Source: Candidatus Latescibacterota bacterium (GTDB lineage Bacteria > Latescibacterota > UBA2968 > GCA-2709665). Taken from it: a stretch of 64,000 nucleotides of DNA. A program made the position numbers and the translations under genes. This document shows, piece by piece, positions 29,624-40,028 of this stretch; positions within the stretch are counted from its first letter, which is position 1; each line of letters starts with the position of its first letter. The stretch covers positions 4,832,001-4,896,000 of the forward strand of contig CBDCOX010000002.1 of the NCBI GenBank assembly GCA_965219995.1, given 5' to 3'. Under the pieces are notes generated by a model that worked only from the letters and a program-made list of their open reading frames with translations, was not told the origin of the DNA and did no database searches.

Positions 29624-31326
29624 ACCTCGACTTCGCGCTCACAGAGAATTTCGTCACGTATTACTGCGTGGCCATTATAGCGATCACTTTGTTTTTCGCT
29701 ATAAAGATGGCATGGAGTGCGGTTCCTCTGAATCGTAGGCTGCGCATTGCGAAAAAGGAACTGACCGATGTTAACGGAGCATTGGATTTCGTCGACGCTT
29801 TTGAAGATTACAATAACCATGTTGAGGAGGCATTGGGTCTTCCGTGGACGGAATTCGTAGAGACACTGCTTCTTCCTGAACCGGAGTCTGGCGATCCCAT
29901 ACGCAATACTGGTGACGTGTCACGGTACCTGAACGACGCCACCATTATCTTTCCGAATATTTCGACTGGTTTCTACCAGGCAGTCCCGAATCTGCTGACG
30001 GGAATGGGCATTCTTGGGACTTTTCTCGGCCTGGCAGCGGGTGTCGGAGCAGCGAGCTCCGGTCTTGCCTCGAGTAATCCGGGTGAGATCACCAGCGCCT
30101 TACAGCAGCTTCTGGGCGGGGCGTCGCTGGCGTTCTGGACGTCAATTGTCGGAATCGTCTGTTCCATTCTCTTTGTGTTTGGCGAGCGATCTGTCACTCG
30201 AAGACTGCATATAGCGCTAGTCGATTGGGTCGGAGCCATTGAGTCACGCTTGGAGCGGGTGACGCCGGAAGGTGTTGCGCTGCAACAACTCGAGCAGGCG
30301 AGGCGTACGACGACACAACTCGAACGATTTAACACCGAGTTGATTTTCTCTCTTGAGAAGGCGCTCGATGAGAAGATCGCCGGGCGTTTGGCGCCGCAGC
30401 TCGAGCAACTCATAGAAGCAGTCGAGCAACTTCGCGCGGACCGGTCTACTGATAGTGGTCGCTTGATCAACGATGCGCTCGAAAGATTCACGGCCGCTAT
30501 GCAAGAGGGGGCGGGATCGCAGTTCGAGGAGATGGCGTCGATCGTCGCCGACTTGAACCGTACGCTGCAGGATTCGGTTTCCGGAATGTCTCAGTCGCAG
30601 CAGGACATTCGCGCGGCGCTCGATTCGGTACTTACGGCGGTCAGAACTTCGATGGATGAAGGCGCAAGCGTCATGAATAAGACGTTACAAGAATCGCTGG
30701 GTGACATCACAAGCGCCGTCACAGCCGCTTCTGAACAAATGGCAGAACGTATGACCACATCCAGCGCGACGGCTGCGGCTGAAATGTCAGATACCGTTGG
30801 GTCTGTAACTCGGCACTTGCAGTCCGCAGCGGAGAGTCTAGATCTGTCCACACAGCGAAGTGAACAGGTCTTGAGCAGCATGACGACGTTTGTCGAAGAG
30901 CTCAATGTGTTGCGCAGTACCATAGAATCCACGCACCGGCAGATCCAGTCTGCAGCGGGACCCCTCGAACGAGCCACGCGCGAGATCCGCGAAGCGAGCG
31001 ACAGGACGGCCGAAACGCTTTCGACGACGAGCAACGTGGTCGGCCGCGTCGACGAGATTGTGAATGCGCTCAGGCAGCACCAGGAGTCGATAGCGAGCGC
31101 CTGGACGCGATACCAGGAGAGATTCGAAGGCATCGACGAGTCACTTGCAGCGGTTTTCCGACAGATCGACGAAGGGCTGTCGGGGTATTGCGAGCAAGTG
31201 AAAGAGTTCGCAAACGAACTTGACAAGACGACCTCCGGGACCATCAGAGATCTGGCTGGGGCAACAGCAGAACTCAGCGAGTCCATTGAGGACCTGATCC
31301 CGCGTCTTCCGGGATCGTCGCAATGA
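29620..31326 (+). CDS. zorA: Zorya protein ZorA (MotA-like TM domain plus long helical tail)
   Basis: PNLLTGMGILGTFLGL and AFWTSIVG TM helices, then ~350 aa Ala/Ser/Thr-rich helical tail; ATGA overlap with a motB-like gene. Confidence 0.9.
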   Translation: MNLDFALTENFVTYYCVAIIAITLFFAIKMAWSAVPLNRRLRIAKKELTDVNGALDFVDAFEDYNNHVEEALGLPWTEFVETLLLPEPESGDPIRNTGDVSRYLNDATIIFPNISTGFYQAVPNLLTGMGILGTFLGLAAGVGAASSGLASSNPGEITSALQQLLGGASLAFWTSIVGIVCSILFVFGERSVTRRLHIALVDWVGAIESRLERVTPEGVALQQLEQARRTTTQLERFNTELIFSLEKALDEKIAGRLAPQLEQLIEAVEQLRADRSTDSGRLINDALERFTAAMQEGAGSQFEEMASIVADLNRTLQDSVSGMSQSQQDIRAALDSVLTAVRTSMDEGASVMNKTLQESLGDITSAVTAASEQMAERMTTSSATAAAEMSDTVGSVTRHLQSAAESLDLSTQRSEQVLSSMTTFVEELNVLRSTIESTHRQIQSAAGPLERATREIREASDRTAETLSTTSNVVGRVDEIVNALRQHQESIASAWTRYQERFEGIDESLAAVFRQIDEGLSGYCEQVKEFANELDKTTSGTIRDLAGATAELSESIEDLIPRLPGSSQ

Positions 31327-32204
31327 CAAACGGCGATAGACCAACGCAGGATGCGGGCTCCGATGGACAGAACTATCTCGCAAGCGTAAGTGACCTTGTG
31401 TCGGCGCTCATTTTTGTATTCATCATCATGCTGGCCGTGTTCGCGTTCCAACTCGCAAACGTAATCGAGGATCAGGCCAAGGTCACGGAAGAATTGACCG
31501 CTTCGGACGAAACTCGCAATCGGATGCTCCAGGACATTAAGAGCCGCCTTGAAGAGTCCGGAATGCGGGTCCAGGTACTGGCTGAGCAGGGTATCCTGCG
31601 GCTCTCGGATAACGCGATCAACTTTCCGTCCGGAAGTGAGATTCCGATTCAGGAACACCACGTAAACGTTGGACGGCTCGCGCAAGCCATTGCCGAGGTG
31701 GTACCTTGTTATGTCTCTCCCACAAATGCCGCCATGCCAGCTCTGGGTGATGGCGGCGGTATTGTCGTGAAGCACGGCGACGACTTACCCATCTACTGCC
31801 AGCCGCTAGCCGACCCCACTGCCTATCCCTGTAGAGATCGGCAGTTTCCCTGGCTACTCGAGACGTTGCTGATCGAGGGCCACACCGACGACGTGCCGGT
31901 CGCGGCTGGCAACCGCTTCCGAGATAATCTTGAGCTGGCGTCGATGCGTGCTGCGACTGTTCATCGCATGATCGCCTCGTGCGAACCGGGGTTGGAAGGT
32001 CTTCTGAATACCGACGAATATCCCATTTTGAGCACGAGCGGGTACGGCTACACGCGGCCCGTTACCCGCAACCCGGAGCGGGCTCGCGACAACCGCCGCA
32101 TTGACCTGAGATTCCTGCTCGAACCTCCGGCGGGTGCGCTACACCAGAAGGAACCGGAGGTCCAGACCGACGTCCGCGAAAGGTATGATGAGGAACCACC
32201 GTGA
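31323..32204 (+). CDS. zorB: Zorya protein ZorB (MotB/OmpA-like)
   Basis: SVSDLVSALIFVFII (conserved TM Asp), IEGHTD, NLEL..MRA and NRRIDLR. Confidence 0.9.
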   Translation: MTNGDRPTQDAGSDGQNYLASVSDLVSALIFVFIIMLAVFAFQLANVIEDQAKVTEELTASDETRNRMLQDIKSRLEESGMRVQVLAEQGILRLSDNAINFPSGSEIPIQEHHVNVGRLAQAIAEVVPCYVSPTNAAMPALGDGGGIVVKHGDDLPIYCQPLADPTAYPCRDRQFPWLLETLLIEGHTDDVPVAAGNRFRDNLELASMRAATVHRMIASCEPGLEGLLNTDEYPILSTSGYGYTRPVTRNPERARDNRRIDLRFLLEPPAGALHQKEPEVQTDVRERYDEEPP

Positions 32205-33988
32205 ATACGCCATCCTTGAAGGAGTCGCTCGGCCACTGGATCCGCCCGAAAAGGCTCCCACAGCCATTCGATCCGCAGAGAACGCGAAAGGCAGCAGTAG
32301 AAGCAGCATCCGTGCTTGGCGACGTCGAGTCGAGGAAACCATCGCATTACGATTTGGCGACCCTGCATTCGCGAATCAGGCAATCGTGGCGCCAATCCCG
32401 CACTCTTTCGAGGATCGAGCCCCGCGATCTTCGGCGACTGCCCTGGGTTCTGTTTTACCCGCCAAAACACAAGCGTACCACCTGGTTGGGCGCCGAACCA
32501 CGCGTCCTTGAGGCATACGGTCGCTGGTTGTTCGATGGGCGCCGGACTCGCTCCGTGCTGGCATTGCTGCACGAGTTTCTGCGGGTATACCCTGTCGGCC
32601 TTCGGACCTTTGGCGACTTGAGAAGAGTGTTGTATAGGTCCGTCAATGACGGTTCATCGCCGCCTCCGTCTCTACAGAAATGGCGAAATAGGTGCAAGGA
32701 TTGGAAACTTCTAACTATGGGTGGCGATCGGTTGTTCGTGCAAGACCTGGTCTCCGCCTCCGATGCCGTTGACGACATCCTCTGCCGTGCGGGGCTCAAT
32801 GGCGGACTCGCGCAATGCGGGTTCCTGAATTTCGGCATCCGGGCCTACCTCCGGCACGCAGAATCGCTATTAAATCAGAAGCGCCTCAACGCCACGCGTC
32901 TCGACCGGTTGCTCACTCTGCTCGAATTCGAGGGCAAACTGCGATTCGACGACACGGCCATGCGCACAGAAGTCGCTGCGGCTATGCTCCGCCCCTTTGT
33001 CGAACGAACTCCCGAACAGGCGACGAAGGAACGCTTGCAACCATTCTTTCTGCGTCACTTCCGTGATCCTCGCTTGGGAGCGGGTAAACACAGGTGGTCA
33101 GGGGTTCCAGACGAGATCCGCCGCGTCGTGATCCGGTGGCTTGTAGAACGAACACTCGAACAGTTCTTCCTGCTCGTCAAAGAGACGGCACTCGACAGAC
33201 ACTGGCGATACCGGGAAGCTTTCTGGCGGGCTTTTCACGAACACGGTCTGATTGATGACATCTGGTTCATTCTGGGTCGGAATGCGAAAGACATGCTCCG
33301 GAAGATGAATACGACGAAGGACGAGACCGAAACGACGGCCGACCTTCGAGGCGGTCAGGGCGACCAGTCGGTTCTGCTTCTACGAATGCCCGGCGTGACG
33401 ATCGCCGAATGGAGCCATAACGGTAGTTGCAGGATATGGCTTGATGGCAATAGGTACGCACCCGAATTGTATCAAGAGAATGCCTACTCTGGTGACGACC
33501 TTAGAAATGGATCGGATTTTTCTCAACCGCACGTCCGCAGTGAGGATGGCCGCTGGCAGGACAAAATAGCACAATGGTTGCGTGACAATACCGGCGTGGA
33601 GATCGCTCGTTCCGAGTATTTCCCGGACCGATTGCGAAAACGCGAGACCCATCGCTACCGTCCTGCCACACCGTCGACACGGAGTTCACGAAGTCAGCCC
33701 GCAGCGGCGAGCCGCGGTGGTCGCCAGCCACAAACCAATCGAAGACAATCAGCCGCAGCAGCGCTTAGTGAGTTGCATAGGGTTCAAGCCGCTGTCAGGG
33801 CCTCCCGCAAGAGTCGAGTGGATCTACGTGCATTTATGAAGCCGACGTCACCAGCCTGGGCCGCTTACGTAGAGGACCACGGGGTGCCGGGCTATGGGAC
33901 GCGGTGGAGAACGGTGCTCCGTCAACTTAACTCGACGATCGCACGTCTGAATGAACGTCCAGGAATTTCGAGCAACTGGTCGACATGA
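32201..33988 (+). CDS. zorC: Zorya protein ZorC (EH-signature domain)
   Basis: DPR..W, FF....D..W.YR..FW and IAEWSHNG; third gene of the operon. Confidence 0.85.
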   Translation: MNTPSLKESLGHWIRPKRLPQPFDPQRTRKAAVEAASVLGDVESRKPSHYDLATLHSRIRQSWRQSRTLSRIEPRDLRRLPWVLFYPPKHKRTTWLGAEPRVLEAYGRWLFDGRRTRSVLALLHEFLRVYPVGLRTFGDLRRVLYRSVNDGSSPPPSLQKWRNRCKDWKLLTMGGDRLFVQDLVSASDAVDDILCRAGLNGGLAQCGFLNFGIRAYLRHAESLLNQKRLNATRLDRLLTLLEFEGKLRFDDTAMRTEVAAAMLRPFVERTPEQATKERLQPFFLRHFRDPRLGAGKHRWSGVPDEIRRVVIRWLVERTLEQFFLLVKETALDRHWRYREAFWRAFHEHGLIDDIWFILGRNAKDMLRKMNTTKDETETTADLRGGQGDQSVLLLRMPGVTIAEWSHNGSCRIWLDGNRYAPELYQENAYSGDDLRNGSDFSQPHVRSEDGRWQDKIAQWLRDNTGVEIARSEYFPDRLRKRETHRYRPATPSTRSSRSQPAAASRGGRQPQTNRRQSAAAALSELHRVQAAVRASRKSRVDLRAFMKPTSPAWAAYVEDHGVPGYGTRWRTVLRQLNSTIARLNERPGISSNWST

Positions 33989-34108
33989 GTCGCACCACAA
34001 TACCGTTGTTCCGTTCGATCACGCGACCGGAAACCCGGCCAATATAATTCAGGAGATCCCTGATCTGGACTGGTGCGGTGCATTTCCCGGTGCCGTGGAG
34101 CGTGTTCC

Positions 34109-37057
34109 ATGCCGAACCACTTTGTGAATAAGCCGACGCCTGCCGGCCTGATTGTTAGGATGGCCGAGGGTCCTCCGTTTCCGGTGACGGAGTGGACCGC
34201 ACATGCCTACGCAACCCCAGGTGTCGGTGCCCTTATCAGATTGCGCGACGACGGGGGTGCGACTGAATGCGACAACGGGACGGCCCTCTGCGTCTCCTGG
34301 AAAACGGTCGCCGGACTGACGTCAGACGAATTGCGGTACACCGGTCTTCCCGATGCTGCACCCTTTGCGCTCGATGTGTCGGCGAACGGCGCCATTCACG
34401 ATCCCGATTTCGAAATTCGCTGCGGCTACGTTCGGCTCGGTCGCCGCGTCCTCGGGGTTCAGCGCGAAGGCGCCTGGCTTCGTGTTGGCGGTGACGACTT
34501 CGTACTGCTGGATCCCCTGTACTCCATCGCCGACGCCATTGACTGTTTCAACCGGGCCGAAAAGAAGGATCTCGAAACACGAATGCTCCGGTGGGGACAG
34601 GTCGCGGAGTTGCTGCCTGACGACACCGTTGTCAGCGATGAAAACCTGATGTCACTGAAAATCTCCGTGGCGTCAAGCTTTGAACTCGATCCGTTCGTGA
34701 ACGACGACGGCGAGCCCGACTTCGACCCGATTGTCGGCAGGCGGGAGACTTACGTGAATGACGTGGGCGACGAGGAGCAAGTGTTCGCTCGTGCTTTACC
34801 GCTCGCCCGTCAGAAGGAGTTTGCAAGGAGATTTCGTGGCCTGTCAAGCGTAAAGCAACGGTACGTCACAGGGGGCGGCAGCTACGTCGTGCTGACACCG
34901 GAGGTGGAACGGGCTCTGGGCGTGGTACGGCGCGCGCAGGAAGGGAGTACCGACGAGCGCCGCGATTTCCTGCGTAACGTCAGCGGGTACCTTCGAGGAG
35001 CATTCGATGAAGACGACGGCGACGAGATCGAACTCGATAGCGTCTTCAGCGACGACGGTCTGAGCGAACGCGTGAGGGGCGTCGGTATCTGGGTCGACAA
35101 GGTGCTCCCCTGGATAAAGCTGGCTAAAGAACCCTGGTTGCCGCCCGACGAATTGGGGATTCTTATCGACGGAAGGCGTGTGGTTATACCGGCAGAAGCG
35201 CTAGCTGGAGTCTACGATCGGCTTGAGAAAGCGATCGAGTGCGGCAGATCGACCGTTGGAATCGCGATCGATAATGAGCCTATCGAAATCCCCGCGAATA
35301 AGGCTACTCTCAGTGCCCTTGATGAATTGCTCTCTCGGATAGACCAGAAGCCGAAACCAAAGCAAACAGCCAGCGTCGAACCGGTAGAACCCGCAGGCTC
35401 CAATCAGGTTCTGGAGATCATCGACAACCTGGATGAAGTCCAGTTCCGTCGTGAGCGCAGGCCATGCAGGCCCGGCATTTTCGCCGCCGACCCCGCCTTG
35501 CAGACTGAGCTTCTACCACACCAGAAAAAGGCTCTCTCGTGGCTGCGTTGTCACTGGGAAGCCGGAAACTGGGGCGCCCTGCTCGCTGACGATATGGGCC
35601 TCGGCAAGACGCTTGAAGCGCTGGCGTTTCTCTCAAGTCTGAAAGCTCACTCCGAAACAGGGGGCTTGCCGCACCTGCCTGTCCTTGTCGTCGCCCCGAC
35701 GGGCTTGCTCCGGAACTGGATGGACGAACACGATAAGCATCTTTCCGGTGCCGGACTGGGGAATGTCGTCGAAGCGTATGGCATTGGATTGAGGGATCTC
35801 AGAGAGGGTGCCTACAGACGTGGCGGCGAGCTCGCCGGTGGAGAACCGATGCTGAACCTCCATCCCCTGAAGACCGCCGACTGGGTGATCACCACCTATG
35901 AGACCCTGCGTGACTATCAGCATAGCTTCGGCCGTGTACACTGGCGCGCGGGCGTCTTTGACGAAGCTCAGAAGATCAAGAATCCCGGTGCACGCCTCAC
36001 CGATGCGGCGCTGGCAATGAACATCGATTTCACCTTGTTGTTGACTGGTACCCCGGTTGAAAATCGACCAGGAGACATCTGGTCGATGGTTGACCGTGCG
36101 GAACCGGGGATGTTCGGGACCCTGAAGGAATTCAGCCAGCGCTATGAAGCAGCCGGCGAGGAGGGCGCCGCGGCGCTCGCGGAGTTGCATGACAGGCTGA
36201 CGGCCGAGTCCGAGGCGCCGGCGCTAATGCTGCGGCGGCTCAAGGAGGACCACGTTCCGGAATTGCCGAAAAAAGAGGTGTACCGGCGCACCGTGCTGAT
36301 GCCGCCGTTCCAGGCTGAAGCGTACGAAAGTGTCGTACGGAACGGTAGTGGAGGCAACATGCTTCAGACGCTTCATCAACTTCGAAACATCTCGCTCCAC
36401 CCCGCGGCTCCGGATGAGTTCGACCTCGACGGTTTTATCCAGGCGTCGGCACGGTTGTCCGAGACGTTCCGGATTCTGGATGAGATTGAGAACTGCGGGC
36501 AGAAAGCGCTACTCTTCGTCGAGACGCGGTGGATGCAAGATTTCCTCGTAGGAGCACTGAGACGTCGTTTTTCGTTGTCCGAGGATGTGCTCGTCATAAA
36601 CGGTGCAGTGGCTGGCAGGATCCGCAAGACTCGCGTCGACGAGTTCCAGGAACGGACAGGGTTCGACGTGATGATACTGTCGCCACGCGCCGGCGGCGTC
36701 GGACTGACTTTGACGGCGGCAAACCATGTAATTCACCTCTCACGCTGGTGGAACCCCGCGGTCGAGGACCAGTGTACTGACAGGGTATTTCGTATCGGCC
36801 AGCGGCAAATGGTGTACGTATACCTACCGATCGCTCGTCATCCGGAGTTCGGAGATTACAGCTTCGATATTCGGCTCGACAGCCTGATGGAGGGCAAGCG
36901 GGATATGAACCGTCGTGTACTCGCGCCGACCGCGACGTCGAAAGAAGACTTGAGTGGCCTCTATCGAAGTACCGTTACGGAGGCCCGAGGCGGCGTTGCT
37001 GAGGATGATGAACGGAGTCGGCTTCAGGTCGGCGGCGAAGCGTCTGACGGGCTGTAA
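34109..37057 (+). CDS. zorD: Zorya ZorD-like SNF2 helicase/ATPase
   Basis: LADDMGLGKT, DEAQKIKN, TGTPVEN and WWNPAVEDQCTDRVFRIGQ; follows zorABC. Confidence 0.85.
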   Translation: MPNHFVNKPTPAGLIVRMAEGPPFPVTEWTAHAYATPGVGALIRLRDDGGATECDNGTALCVSWKTVAGLTSDELRYTGLPDAAPFALDVSANGAIHDPDFEIRCGYVRLGRRVLGVQREGAWLRVGGDDFVLLDPLYSIADAIDCFNRAEKKDLETRMLRWGQVAELLPDDTVVSDENLMSLKISVASSFELDPFVNDDGEPDFDPIVGRRETYVNDVGDEEQVFARALPLARQKEFARRFRGLSSVKQRYVTGGGSYVVLTPEVERALGVVRRAQEGSTDERRDFLRNVSGYLRGAFDEDDGDEIELDSVFSDDGLSERVRGVGIWVDKVLPWIKLAKEPWLPPDELGILIDGRRVVIPAEALAGVYDRLEKAIECGRSTVGIAIDNEPIEIPANKATLSALDELLSRIDQKPKPKQTASVEPVEPAGSNQVLEIIDNLDEVQFRRERRPCRPGIFAADPALQTELLPHQKKALSWLRCHWEAGNWGALLADDMGLGKTLEALAFLSSLKAHSETGGLPHLPVLVVAPTGLLRNWMDEHDKHLSGAGLGNVVEAYGIGLRDLREGAYRRGGELAGGEPMLNLHPLKTADWVITTYETLRDYQHSFGRVHWRAGVFDEAQKIKNPGARLTDAALAMNIDFTLLLTGTPVENRPGDIWSMVDRAEPGMFGTLKEFSQRYEAAGEEGAAALAELHDRLTAESEAPALMLRRLKEDHVPELPKKEVYRRTVLMPPFQAEAYESVVRNGSGGNMLQTLHQLRNISLHPAAPDEFDLDGFIQASARLSETFRILDEIENCGQKALLFVETRWMQDFLVGALRRRFSLSEDVLVINGAVAGRIRKTRVDEFQERTGFDVMILSPRAGGVGLTLTAANHVIHLSRWWNPAVEDQCTDRVFRIGQRQMVYVYLPIARHPEFGDYSFDIRLDSLMEGKRDMNRRVLAPTATSKEDLSGLYRSTVTEARGGVAEDDERSRLQVGGEASDGL

Positions 37058-37166
37058 CAATCTGCCACGACTTCGATTTGACGGGAACTATTACGGGGAG
37101 CACCCGACAGTCTACCTTTTTTCCAAGTCATTGACCGGCCAACCTGAGCCGCTCCCTGAGCACGTG

Positions 37167-37246
37167 CCCTGAGCTTGTCGAAGGGTGTCGAAGGGGCGGC
37201 GAAGGAAACAGGGTGTCGAAACGCGGGCGCTTCGACAAGCTCAGCG
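37167..37246. repeat. palindromic REP-like element
   Basis: Perfect 15-bp inverted repeat ctgagcttgtcgaag ... cttcgacaagctcag. Confidence 0.75.
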
Positions 37247-37433
37247 TCCCCGTACGGGCAGGTTTCTCTCCACTGTAACAGGCACAATGGATGTCAGCTA
37301 TTTACTGCTCCCGGTAATAAGTTTAGAGTTGACGGAGATTCGGAAGCAGTAGAAACACGGATTGTGACAGTGTACCAGACACCAAGAAAAGTCCAACGAT
37401 GCGAACTGCATCCAAATTAGAAGGGCAAACGAG

Positions 37434-39647
37434 ATGAGAAAAATACTCGGTGATGCCAAGAACATCCGCTCTCTGCTTGGAGGAGCGAAATTCGCTATCG
37501 ACTATTATCAAAGGGAATACAGATGGGGAGAGAAACACATTAATGAGCTACTCAATGACTTATGCGAAAGATTCCTGGAAAGCCACGAGCAAGGCAACGA
37601 GCGCGACGACGTTATTAAAAAATACGGCCACTACTTCCTCGGTTCCATCATTATCAGCGCCAAAGGGAGCCGCAACTATATCATCGACGGTCAGCAACGT
37701 CTGACTTCACTAACACTGCTACTCATTTACATTTATCGCCAACTTGAAGACGATGATCAAAAGAAAGAGATCGCGAACCTCATCTTCTCCTACAGCGTCG
37801 GTAGACGTTCATTCAACCTCGATGAGGACGAGCGTTCCGCCTGCATGGAAGCCCTCTTCACCGGACAACCCGTCGAGGAAAACAATCAACCGGAGTCAGT
37901 CGTCAATATCCTCAAACGTTACGAGGAAATCGAGAGTCACTTTCCAGACGACCTTGCCGGCAACGCCTTGCCCTACTTCGCAGATTGGCTGATGGAAAAC
38001 GTCTATCTGGTCGAGATAACCGCCAGTTCTGATGCCGACGCCTATACAATTTTCGAGACTATGAATGATCGTGGACTGTCCCTGACACCGGCCGAAATGC
38101 TCAAGGGATATCTGCTTTCCAAAATTACAGACCCCGACCGTCGTAACAAATCCAGCGACGTCTGGCGTGAACGCATATCTGGTTTACAAGAGATCGGCAA
38201 AGACGAGGACGCCGATGCAATCAAGGCGTGGTTGCGCAGTCAGCATGCAAAGACTATCCGCGAACGTAGCCGAGGTGCCAAACCCCTCGACTTTGACATA
38301 ATTGGCACTGAGTTCCACCGCTGGGTACGTGACCGAGAGAGAAATTTGAATCTTCGCACCAGTACTGATTTTGTAAGTCTTATCGACAACGAGTTCAAGT
38401 TCTATGCGCAATGGTACGAGCGTGTCCGCAAAGCGGCGAGGACGTTGACAAAGGGACTTGAGGGGATTTTTTATAATGCGCAGAACAACTTCACACTCCA
38501 ACATCCGGCTTTGCTGGCTCCGCTAACACTTACCGACAGTGAGGAGGAAATCAACCGCAAACTGCGCATTGTTGCAACTTACCTTGACATTCTAATTGCT
38601 CGCCGCGTCTGGAACTGGAAGGCCATCAGTTACTCTACAATGCAATACAGCATCTTTCAGTTGATCTTGAGAATTCGGGGTAGGTCCGCTGACGAACTGG
38701 TGAGCATACTAACCCAACGCCTCGAATCACAAGAAGAATCTTTCGACTCTGAAGAGAGCTTTTCTCTACATGGTAGGAACCGCCGTCTGATCCATCTGCT
38801 GCTCGCTAGAATGACCGATTTTGTCGAAGTCCAGTCTGGTCGTCGGTCGCGGTTTACCGAGTACATCGAGAGCGGTTACGAGGTAGAGCACATCTGGGCC
38901 GATCACCCGGAACGTCACGAGGACGAGTTCAGTCATCCGACGGAATTTCATCACTATCGCAGTCACATTGGCGGCCTCCTTCTCCTTCTCAAGAGCTTCA
39001 ACGCTAGCTACGGTGACAAACCCTACGCGGTCAAACGTGAGCACTACTTCAGTCAGAATCTACTTGCTCAGAGCCTTCACGAAAACGCATATCGACTTGA
39101 CCCCGGTTTTAAGCGCTTCAGAGAAAAAACGGCGCTGGACTTTCGGTCGCATGCCGAATTCAAAAAATCGGACCTGGAAGAAAGACAGGCACTCTATCTG
39201 AAGCTCGCCGAGCAGATTTGGAACCCGGAGACGCTGCAGCTGCAGGTTGAACCACATCAAGACTTTCCACTCGAGGAAATAACCAAGCAGAACGACGATT
39301 GCTCAGTATTCCTGACTCTTGTCCGTTCTAACATAAAAGGAGTGATTATGCCCGAAGACACGATTGCGAATGAAGACTTAAATTGGGTGGAGGCTTATGT
39401 AAAAAACAACATAGGGCTCCGTTGTTCTCTTAAAGAAATCACAGCATTGAGGATGGAGGCTGAGAGGAAAAGATCCGCAGAACGGGGAGTTGTAACTATC
39501 TATGAGAATCTGGTACGGGCGGAAGGCGTTGAATCAATCGAGCGGCTTGACGAAAGACTGTTTCTGGAAAACACCAGCAACACAGTGGTTTTATTGGAAA
39601 TTCTGGAAGTTCTAAGGAGGATTGAGTCGGAAATAGGTCTTCAGTAG
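37434..39647 (+). CDS. DUF262/DUF1524 (GmrSD-like) protein with C-terminal extension
   Basis: YQREYRW, IIDGQQR, FETMNDRG and HNH-type EHIWA...N motifs. Confidence 0.88.
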   Translation: MRKILGDAKNIRSLLGGAKFAIDYYQREYRWGEKHINELLNDLCERFLESHEQGNERDDVIKKYGHYFLGSIIISAKGSRNYIIDGQQRLTSLTLLLIYIYRQLEDDDQKKEIANLIFSYSVGRRSFNLDEDERSACMEALFTGQPVEENNQPESVVNILKRYEEIESHFPDDLAGNALPYFADWLMENVYLVEITASSDADAYTIFETMNDRGLSLTPAEMLKGYLLSKITDPDRRNKSSDVWRERISGLQEIGKDEDADAIKAWLRSQHAKTIRERSRGAKPLDFDIIGTEFHRWVRDRERNLNLRTSTDFVSLIDNEFKFYAQWYERVRKAARTLTKGLEGIFYNAQNNFTLQHPALLAPLTLTDSEEEINRKLRIVATYLDILIARRVWNWKAISYSTMQYSIFQLILRIRGRSADELVSILTQRLESQEESFDSEESFSLHGRNRRLIHLLLARMTDFVEVQSGRRSRFTEYIESGYEVEHIWADHPERHEDEFSHPTEFHHYRSHIGGLLLLLKSFNASYGDKPYAVKREHYFSQNLLAQSLHENAYRLDPGFKRFREKTALDFRSHAEFKKSDLEERQALYLKLAEQIWNPETLQLQVEPHQDFPLEEITKQNDDCSVFLTLVRSNIKGVIMPEDTIANEDLNWVEAYVKNNIGLRCSLKEITALRMEAERKRSAERGVVTIYENLVRAEGVESIERLDERLFLENTSNTVVLLEILEVLRRIESEIGLQ

Positions 39648-39684
39648 CTTTCAAACGTCATGATGGAGACAACCAATGAGCCTT

Positions 39685-39956
39685 CCCTACGTGCCAATAT
39701 AGCGTGAGTCAACTCCCCTCCGAGTTTGATGACGTAAATTGGGCGGAGAGGAGAGTACGAAATGAGGTCAAGAATCGATGTAGGAGACAACGGCAGCAAG
39801 GTGTCTCTGGTTGTGGAGGTTCCGCGCGGAACCTCCACAACCACGAGGCCGGATCCGGAGGTGCCGGCGCTTGCGAAGCGTCGCCAGTTCACCGCTCGGT
39901 ACAAGCTTCGCATCCTGGAAGAGGCGGACGCTTGCCGGGTGCCTGATGAAGTTGGT
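39685..39956 (+). mobile_element. IS3-like left end plus truncated orfA
   Basis: ccctacgtgccaatatagcgtgagtcaactc; orfA PDPEVP..KRRQFTARYKLRILEEADAC breaks off early. Confidence 0.8.
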
Positions 39957-40028
39957 CGGGCTTCATCTGTTTTAGTCTGCCGGCAAGCAATATGCTGAAA
40001 CGCGGTTAATCAGGTAGTACTAGAGATA

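Noticed and set aside
29620-32204. Flagellar MotAB, or a chemoreceptor call for ZorA
   Set aside because: The long tail, coupling to EH-signature and SNF2 genes, and absence of flagellar genes fit Zorya better.
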